Assembly: GCA_963747385.1 (NCBI GenBank)
Contig: CAVVEY010000014.1
Coordinates: 6,590-70,589, forward strand
Length of the DNA stretch: 64,000 nt
From: an uncultured bacterium
GTDB taxonomy: Bacteria > Krumholzibacteriota > Krumholzibacteriia > Krumholzibacteriales > Krumholzibacteriaceae
Direction of reading: 5' to 3'
Shown here: one piece after another, positions 57,808 to 64,000 of the stretch
How the letters are laid out: the number at the start of each line of letters is the position of its first letter
How positions within the stretch are numbered: the stretch's first letter is position 1
Notes under the pieces: generated by a model
Seen by the model: the letters and a program-made list of their open reading frames with translations, nothing else
Database searches by the model: none
Told to the model about the DNA's origin: nothing
Position numbers and translations under genes: made by a program

Positions 57808-59959
57808 TCAGGGGCTCCCGGGCGGGCTCGTTCCGGAATCCGGGCGTGAGGGATACCAGATCCCCAGCCGCTTTTCGAGCCGCTCGATATGCATCGGCGC
57901 CGCCGAATAGACGGGGTCGAAGTCGCGCGCGAGGCGCATGTGGCCGAGCGCTTCTCCGTATTTCCCGAGCTTGTCGAGAACGATCCCCATATTGAAATGA
58001 AGGCTCGATTCGTACGGGTATGACGTCAGCGCCCGGTCGAGGAGCTCGCGCGCTTTCTCCGTGTGCCCGAGCTTCATCTCGATCGTGGCGAGGTTGTTGT
58101 AGGCCCTCCAATCGTGCGGAAAAGTCTCGATCACGCGCTCGTACAACGCCCGGGCGTCGTCGAGACGGTTCGGCCGTCTGGAGTTCCGCGCCCCTGTTGA
58201 GGAGCGCCGAGACGAGGTTCCGGAGGTTCTGTTCGTCCCGCGGCTCGAGGGCGAGCGCGGTTTCGTAAGCGGCGACGGCCGGTTCGTAGCGGTTGCCGTT
58301 GTTCAGCGCGAATCCGAGCCGCTTCCAGAAGGCGACGCTCTCGGGATGGGCGACGGTGAGCGATTCGAGCTGGGCGATCGCCTCGGGGTACCAGCGATTC
58401 GCGATGAGCGCCTCGGCGAGATCGAGCCGCTCGCGCGTTCCATCAGGCCTGAGCTCGTGGGCGCTCAGAAAATGCGTTATCGCCTCGGGGAATTCCTCCC
58501 GTTTCATCGCGATCCGCCCGAGGCGCGACTTCACGAGAGCGTTCGAAGGATCCTTCTCCGCGGAGGAGAGATACCAGGCGCGCGCCTTTTCGAGATCTGC
58601 CCGCTCGAAGGCGAAATCGGCGACGATCATCTCCGCCCGGCCCGGAACGAGGTCGAGTTCGAAGAGACGCTTCTCGGCCGGCGCCGGCGTCAGGGCGACG
58701 ATAACGAGCGGGATCGTATGGAAGAGGCCGGCGAGGAACAACGCGAGGACGGCCCGCTTGAGATGTTCCGTCCGTGCGAACCTCCGCCCGAGTTCCCACA
58801 GCGCGTAGATCGAGAGCGCCGGCGCCGTCACGGCCAGCATGTGCCACTGGAGGCCCCCGTCGACGAAATCCGCGCCGAGGATGATCGCCGCGAGAGCGGA
58901 GACGGCGCACGCCGCGAGAAACTCGCGCTCTCCGGGAGCGGTATCGCCCGGGGCATCCTGCGCCTTGTTCCGGGCGCTCGCCGCGAGGAGAGCGACCCCG
59001 GCGACCGAAGCCGGCCCAGCGATCAGGAGCGCGTTGAGAGCGTTCAGGAACGCGTGAGCGCCGAAAGAGAACGTCGCTCCGAGCGCGCCGGGCCGATCGA
59101 ACCCCGATCTCCTCGCGATCGCCGCAAAGGCGATCTCCGCGGCCGCGAGGCAAAGGACGAAGATGGCGCCCGCGGCGAGCGATCGCTTTCGCGAGCCGGG
59201 AGCCCGAGCCCCGCGCACGAGCAGATAGACGAACGCGGGCACGAGAAACGCCGCCGAGAAATGCGAGAGGATGGCGGCGGCGAGCAGGACGGCGGGAAGC
59301 GCGAGCGGGCCCTTGCCTCTCAGGAAGCGGATTGATTCCGTGATGAAGCCGAACGCCGCGACGATCGCGATCTGCGCCGTTCCGCCGGCGCCGAAGAAGA
59401 GCGCGACGAAGCCGCCCGTAAGAAGCACGGCGGCCGCGGGGCGCCCGGCGCCGCGCGGATCGCGATCGTCGAAAAGGAGTCCCGCCGCGCGGATCGCGAG
59501 CACGGCGTAGGCCGCGCCCGCGCAGATGCTGAAGAAGGTGAGGATGGAATCCGCGTCCGAGAGGAAGATGCCGTTCATGAACCGGTAGGCCGCGTGCTGG
59601 ATGAACGTTCCAAGCGGAGCCCCGGGCCGGTACGCGCCCGTTTCGAGCGCGGCGCTCAGGGAGGACCGCTCCCCCCAGAGCTCGGTGCGGGACCGGAGCA
59701 GCCACAGGAGCAGCGCCGACGCGAACGCGACCGACGCGTATCGCGCGGCCGTCGAGCGTATTCCCGGGATGAGGCGGAACGGATCCGGCGCCGATTTCAC
59801 GAACATCTGCGGGACGACGACGATCGCGGCCGCGAGCGCGGCGAGCGGGGAGAGCGCTCCCCACGCCGCGAGTCCCCACAGCGCGCCGATCCGGAAGAAC
59901 GACGCGAGGAGGACGATCGCGACGAACCCGGCGGGCAGCATGATCGCGAATCGCTTCAT
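57808..59959 (-). CDS. Polytopic membrane protein with C-terminal TPR repeats; frame broken near 58172
   Basis: ATG 59959 (MKRFAIMLPAGFVAIVLL...) overlaps the gltP-like stop (ATGA). TPR repeats are present (…EKARAWYLSSAEKDPSN..., YEPAVAAYETALALEPRDEQ). After ...LLNRGAELQT, the continuation NRLDDARALYERVIETFPHDWRAYNNLA... is ORF 57808-58146. Confidence 0.7.
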
Positions 59960-61224
59960 TTCCTCTTCTCCGGTCTCCGGAGCGTTCCCTCGGTCGCCGC
60001 CACCATGACGGCGGCCGACGCGTCCCCGGTGACGTTCACGACCGTCCGGCACATGTCGAGGACCCGGTCGACGCCGAGGATGAGGGCGATTCCCTCGAGC
60101 GGGATCCCGATCGACGTGAGCACCATGGTCAGCGTGATGATCCCGACGCTCGGCACGCCGGCGGTCGCCACCGACGCGAGCGTCGCCATGAGGACGATCG
60201 TGAGCTGGTTGGCGATGGTCAGGTGCATCCCGTAGACCTGCGCGATGAAGACGGCGGCCACCCCCTGGTAGAGGGCGGTGCCGTCCATGTTGATCGTGGC
60301 GCCGAGCGGAAGCACGAAGCTCGCGACGTCTTTCGGCACGCCGAGATTCTCCTCGGCGCACTGGATGTTGACGGGGAGCGTGGCGCTGCTCGACGAGGTC
60401 GAAAACGCGATGAGCTGCACCGGGCGCATTCCCTTGAAGAAGAAGAGCGGGTTCATCCGCGCGAAGGTCCATACGGCGAGCGAATAGACCGTCCCCATGT
60501 GTATCGCGAGGCCCGCGAGCACGACGAGCGCGTACTTGAGGAGGTTGAGGAGTATCTTCGCGCCGAACTGCCCGACGACGGCGGCGATGAGAACGAAGAC
60601 GCCGATCGGCGCGATCTTCATGACGATATGAACCATCTGCGTCATGGCGTCCGCGAGGGCGTCGAAGAAATCGATCAATATCTTCCCCTTGCCCCCGGGG
60701 ATCATCGTCACCGCGACGCCGAGCATGATCGCGAAGAATATGATCTGGAGCATGTCCCCCGCGGCGAGGCTCCCGATCGGATTCTTGGGCACGATCCCGG
60801 TCAGCACGTCGATGACGCGGGGCGCCTGCTTCGCGAGGCTCAGATCCTTCGTCGCCTCTCCCTGGTACGATTCGAGGAGCTGGGCCTTGACCTCGGGGTT
60901 GAGGCCGGCGCCCGGCTTTGCGACGTTCGCGACGACGAGACCGATGGTGATGGCGAGGGCGGTGGTGACGAGATAGTAGATTATCGTCTTGGCCCCGATG
61001 CGCCCGAGCTTTCGCAGGTCCCCGAGGCTCGCCGTTCCGACGAAGATGGACGAGAAGACGAGCGGCACGACGATCATCCAGATCAGGCGAATGAAGATGT
61101 CCCCGACCGGCTTGATCGCCTCCGCCCGCGGGCCGAGGATAATCCCCGCCGGGATGCCGAGGACGAGCCCGACGAAGATCTTCGTGTGGAGCGGCGTCTT
61201 CATGAACGATTTCAGAATGTTCAT
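59956..61224 (-). CDS. Dicarboxylate/amino acid:cation symporter (DAACS, GltP/GltT-like)
   Basis: 422 aa with ...FIRLIWMIVVPLVFSSI..., SSSATLP and GATINMDGTALY. Confidence 0.9.
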   Translation of the reverse strand: MNILKSFMKTPLHTKIFVGLVLGIPAGIILGPRAEAIKPVGDIFIRLIWMIVVPLVFSSIFVGTASLGDLRKLGRIGAKTIIYYLVTTALAITIGLVVANVAKPGAGLNPEVKAQLLESYQGEATKDLSLAKQAPRVIDVLTGIVPKNPIGSLAAGDMLQIIFFAIMLGVAVTMIPGGKGKILIDFFDALADAMTQMVHIVMKIAPIGVFVLIAAVVGQFGAKILLNLLKYALVVLAGLAIHMGTVYSLAVWTFARMNPLFFFKGMRPVQLIAFSTSSSSATLPVNIQCAEENLGVPKDVASFVLPLGATINMDGTALYQGVAAVFIAQVYGMHLTIANQLTIVLMATLASVATAGVPSVGIITLTMVLTSIGIPLEGIALILGVDRVLDMCRTVVNVTGDASAAVMVAATEGTLRRPEKRK

Positions 61225-61328
61225 CTATGCCTCCCGCGCGAGCGCGCGTACGGGAATAGCCATGGGAGCAATATAACGCAAGCCCGGGATCGACTCCATG
61301 CAAATGCATTTCGGGGCGAGGTCATTTT

Positions 61329-62297
61329 TCACGCGCCGCGGAACGAAGGGTAATCGATCCCGAATCGCCGCGAATAGTAGAGCCGCGTGAGGAGAATCAC
61401 CGCGGCGAGAAAAGGTATGTAGAGCGGGAAAAGGTACCCCGCGGCGACCGAGAAGATAAGCGTCGCGGTCTTCACGGGAATGAGGGAGTCCGGGTTTCTC
61501 GCCGGTCCCGTGATCGAGCGCACCGGAATCAGGAAGAAGGGGAGCGAGAGTATCGAAGCGACGAGGGCGACGGTGTTGCCGGCGAGATAGGCCGCTACGA
61601 CCGCTCCTCCCATGAGCGCGGTCGAGACGAAGAGCCCGCGGGAGACGCCGAGCGCCACCCCGCTCGTCGCGAGCCCCATCTTCGAATCGGTCTCCGCGTC
61701 CGCCAGCGTCGTCGCGAGATGGACCGACGCGACGGCGAACGGGTACGGGGCGAGCGACGGCCATCCTCCGAGCGGCGCGCCCGCGGCGATCCACCCCGCG
61801 AGCGTGTTGAGAACGCCGTTCCCGACGGCGTTCGCGAGGACGTCGAGGACGGGGCGTCTCTTGAGGCGGACGGGTTCGAGCGAATACGCCGCTCCGAGCG
61901 CGAGGCTCGCGGCCAGTATTCCGCAGAAGACGAGCGGCAGGAACAGCAGCGCCGCGCAGAAAGAGACGGCGACGAGCGCGGCCGCTTCTATCCACGCCGC
62001 GCGCACCGGAACGATCCCCTTCGACAGGAGAAACAGCTTGTTTCCGGCGAGATCGACCTCGCGATCGGCGATCTGATTCATGACGTAGATCGCGCCGAGG
62101 AGCGCGGTGAACGAAAAAAGCCCGGCGAGCAGCCGCGGGGCGGCGAGGTCGATTCCCGCGGCGAGCGCGCCGTGACGGGCGCCGAGGAGGAAGAAGGTCC
62201 AGACGGGGATGAGGATCATGGGCCGCAGGAGAAAAACGTAGTCGAAGGGGCGGGCGCTCCCGTGCGGCGTCCCGCCGTTTGGCAATCTCGAGTTCAA
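61329..62297 (-). CDS. UbiA family prenyltransferase
   Basis: Polytopic membrane protein with the NQIADREVD (NxxxDxxxD) motif. Confidence 0.8.
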   Translation of the reverse strand: MNSRLPNGGTPHGSARPFDYVFLLRPMILIPVWTFFLLGARHGALAAGIDLAAPRLLAGLFSFTALLGAIYVMNQIADREVDLAGNKLFLLSKGIVPVRAAWIEAAALVAVSFCAALLFLPLVFCGILAASLALGAAYSLEPVRLKRRPVLDVLANAVGNGVLNTLAGWIAAGAPLGGWPSLAPYPFAVASVHLATTLADAETDSKMGLATSGVALGVSRGLFVSTALMGGAVVAAYLAGNTVALVASILSLPFFLIPVRSITGPARNPDSLIPVKTATLIFSVAAGYLFPLYIPFLAAVILLTRLYYSRRFGIDYPSFRGA

Positions 62298-62298
62298 C

Positions 62299-62655
62299 TC
62301 AGCGCTCCTCCGCCTCGATCTTTTTCCAGTGCTGGTTGCCGGATGGAAGCCCGCGGGCGTTCCGCGAGGATGAGCGCTCGGTCTTCCTGATGAGATCGCC
62401 GAATTCGAGGAGCTTCCGGCCGATCTTCGCGTGGAGCGTCTGAATGGGATCCTTCGACCGCCTGCATTCGTACAGGGAAGAGGTGTACTCGCGCGGGAAG
62501 CGGCGCATCATCTCGAAGATGAAGTCGTGCGAATCGAATCGATCCTCGAGGTGCGCGATGATCGTCTCGAACACGTCTTCGCGGAAGAGCTCCCCCTCGG
62601 GGGCGGGGCGGCGTCTCACGCCCCCCTTCGGCGGCGTCTTCTCACCATTTTTCAT
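62299..62655 (-). CDS. Hypothetical protein
   Basis: 118-aa ORF with normal composition, tightly packed between the nitroreductase and UbiA genes. I recognise no family. Confidence 0.55.
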   Translation of the reverse strand: MKNGEKTPPKGGVRRRPAPEGELFREDVFETIIAHLEDRFDSHDFIFEMMRRFPREYTSSLYECRRSKDPIQTLHAKIGRKLLEFGDLIRKTERSSSRNARGLPSGNQHWKKIEAEER

Positions 62656-63142
62656 CGTGGATCCTTTTCGGGTCGTACTGGGTTCTCGGGTCTTTCTTCT
62701 CTCCCGGGTGGCCGATCGAGATGAGGCACAGGACGCCGGCGTGCTCCGGTATGCCGAGCACCGCCTTGATCGCCGAAACGCGATCCTCGCGCGGGTGGCC
62801 GCCGAGCCAGACGGCGCCCAGTCCCAGCGCGGCGACGGCGACGAGCATGTTCTCGGTCGCCGCGGAGCAGTCCTGCACCCAGAAATCGGGGGAAATCGTC
62901 GTGTCCCCGCAGACGGCGATCGCCGCCGCGGCCTCGCTCAGCATCTTTCCGTGCGGATGCGCCTCGGCGAGTTTCGTGAGCGTCGCGCGATCCCGGACCA
63001 CGACGAAATGCCACGGCTTCCGGTTGTTGCTCGATGGAGCGGCCATTCCGGCCTCGAGGATCTGCGTGATCGCTTCGTGGCTCACCGGCTCGCCCGTATA
63101 CGCTCGAATGCTGCGTCGGGCGAAGATCGATTCCAATGCCAT
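62642..63142 (-). CDS. Nitroreductase family protein
   Basis: RRSIRAYTGEPV, APSSNNRKPWHFVVV and LGAVWLG. Confidence 0.85.
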   Translation of the reverse strand: MALESIFARRSIRAYTGEPVSHEAITQILEAGMAAPSSNNRKPWHFVVVRDRATLTKLAEAHPHGKMLSEAAAAIAVCGDTTISPDFWVQDCSAATENMLVAVAALGLGAVWLGGHPREDRVSAIKAVLGIPEHAGVLCLISIGHPGEKKDPRTQYDPKRIHDEKW

Positions 63143-63260
63143 AGGGAAATCTCCTTGTTGGGACCGACGCCAGTATATCCCAAAACGGCCGTCCGGGGTA
63201 GAGTATTTGCGGCGGTGTTCGAGGCGGATGCGAGGGGGCGCCGGCGAATGCGGGCCGGCG

Positions 63261-64000
63261 TCAGCGAACCTCGCGCTGCCTCAGCGCCTCGTAGAGGAGA
63301 ATCGCCGCCGTCGCCGAGACGTTGAGCGAGTCGGCCGCTCCCTTCATGGGAATCAGGACGCGGTGATCCGCGGCCTCGAGCCAGGCGGGCGTGAGGCCGG
63401 CGTCTTCCGCTCCGACGGCGATCGCGCGGCGTCCCGTGAAATCGACCGCCGTGTACGGAAGCTCCCCGCCGGGCGTCGCCGTGACGATCGTCGTCCCCGT
63501 TTCCCCGAGCCAGCGGACGGCCTCCGCGGCCTCCGCCCGGACGCACGGGACGGTGAAGACCGTGCCGAGGCTCGCACGGATGACGTTCGGATTGTAGAGG
63601 TCGGTCCCGGCGCCGCACGCGATGATCCCCGTGGCGCCGGAGCCGTCCGCGGACCTGACGATCGCGCCGAGATTCCCCGGCTTCTCGATCGCCTCGACGA
63701 CGAGGAAAAGCGCGTCTCCCGTCGCGGGCAGGTCCGCGAGGGCGACCACGGGCTGCCGGGCGATCGCGAGGAATCCGCCCGAGCCGCCGCGGTAGGTGAT
63801 CTTTTCGAAAACGCGCGCCGTGACTTCCACGGTGCGCGCGCGCGACTCGACGAGGGACGAGAGCAGCGAGAGCTCCTCGTCGCGCTCGATGACCGCGCTG
63901 CAGAAATACACGCGCTCGAGCGCGACCCCGGCTCGTATCGCCCGAGCGATCTCGCGGACCCCTTCGACGAGCATGAGGCCGGTTCTGTCGCGCTCGCGCT
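63261..64000 (-). CDS. TrmH/SpoU family RNA 2'-O-methyltransferase (5' end runs off the window)
   Basis: EKPGNLGAIVRSADG and IPMKGAADSLNVSATAAILLYE. The frame remains open upstream of the first Met to the window edge. Confidence 0.85.
   Translation of the reverse strand, partial: RERDRTGLMLVEGVREIARAIRAGVALERVYFCSAVIERDEELSLLSSLVESRARTVEVTARVFEKITYRGGSGGFLAIARQPVVALADLPATGDALFLVVEAIEKPGNLGAIVRSADGSGATGIIACGAGTDLYNPNVIRASLGTVFTVPCVRAEAAEAVRWLGETGTTIVTATPGGELPYTAVDFTGRRAIAVGAEDAGLTPAWLEAADHRVLIPMKGAADSLNVSATAAILLYEALRQREVR

Noticed and set aside
2485-59959. Programmed +1 ribosomal frameshifting as the explanation for the many +1-type frame breaks.
   Set aside because: The shift sites share no slippery or stop-codon context and occur in unrelated genes at arbitrary positions. 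Insertion-type consensus errors, or decay, are far more parsimonious.
57458-61309. 1283-aa minus-strand ORF suggesting a giant protein.
   Set aside because: It is a composite. Its upstream third is an out-of-frame read through the gltP-like gene, and its downstream end is nonsense after a frame break near 58172. Only the segment from ATG 59959 to about 58172 is real, and that continues in ORF 57808-58146.

Overview
GC-rich bacterial chromosomal segment, apparently from an uncultivated lineage. I see no rRNA, CRISPR array, transposase, integrase or prophage signature, and one tRNA (Asp-GTC). I support about 50 protein genes.

Gene content:
- A family of small secreted Cys-containing proteins that end in an invariant ...WGAIKSLF tail. 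Three copies are tandem at 320-2324, one is at 14563-15180, and tail-only relatives are at 1-216 and 32787-33460.
- Many exported peptidases: C25 gingipain-like, S9 fused to a thioredoxin-like module, M28 with a BNR-type propeller insertion, M1, a double retropepsin plus PDZ protein, and TldD/PmbA. Three of them carry a FlgD-Ig / T9SS-type C-terminal domain.
- A peptidoglycan-recycling cluster: an AnmK-like gene, a SpoIID/LytB gene and nagZ.
- Four glycan-biosynthesis loci containing Wzx flippases, GT2/GT4 transferases, a DegT aminotransferase, methyltransferases, Wzz, a Wzy/O-antigen-ligase-like gene, and four large polytopic membrane proteins, three of them with TPR tails.
- Housekeeping genes: a PPi-type phosphofructokinase, an RlmD-like and a TrmH-like RNA methyltransferase, two glycine-rich RRM RNA-binding proteins, an MFS transporter and a GltP-type transporter, a UbiA prenyltransferase, a nitroreductase and a beta-CASP MBL nuclease.

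Most notable observations:
- An in-frame TGA sits exactly at the first Cys position of the CxxC motif of a TlpA/redoxin lipoprotein and is followed by a SECIS-like hairpin. This is a candidate selenocysteine (UxxC) protein that ORF callers split in two.
- The WGAIKSLF-tail family may represent an unnamed C-terminal tag.
- A 17-nt tandem triplication forms a chain of ATGA stop/start overlaps between degT and the next glycosyltransferase.

Caveat: at least 14 genes or positions show single-base frame disruptions, nearly all repaired by skipping one base. Many long ORFs in the supplied track are therefore chimeric (two genes or frames joined) or truncated. Merged gene coordinates and shift positions are approximate, within a few nt.
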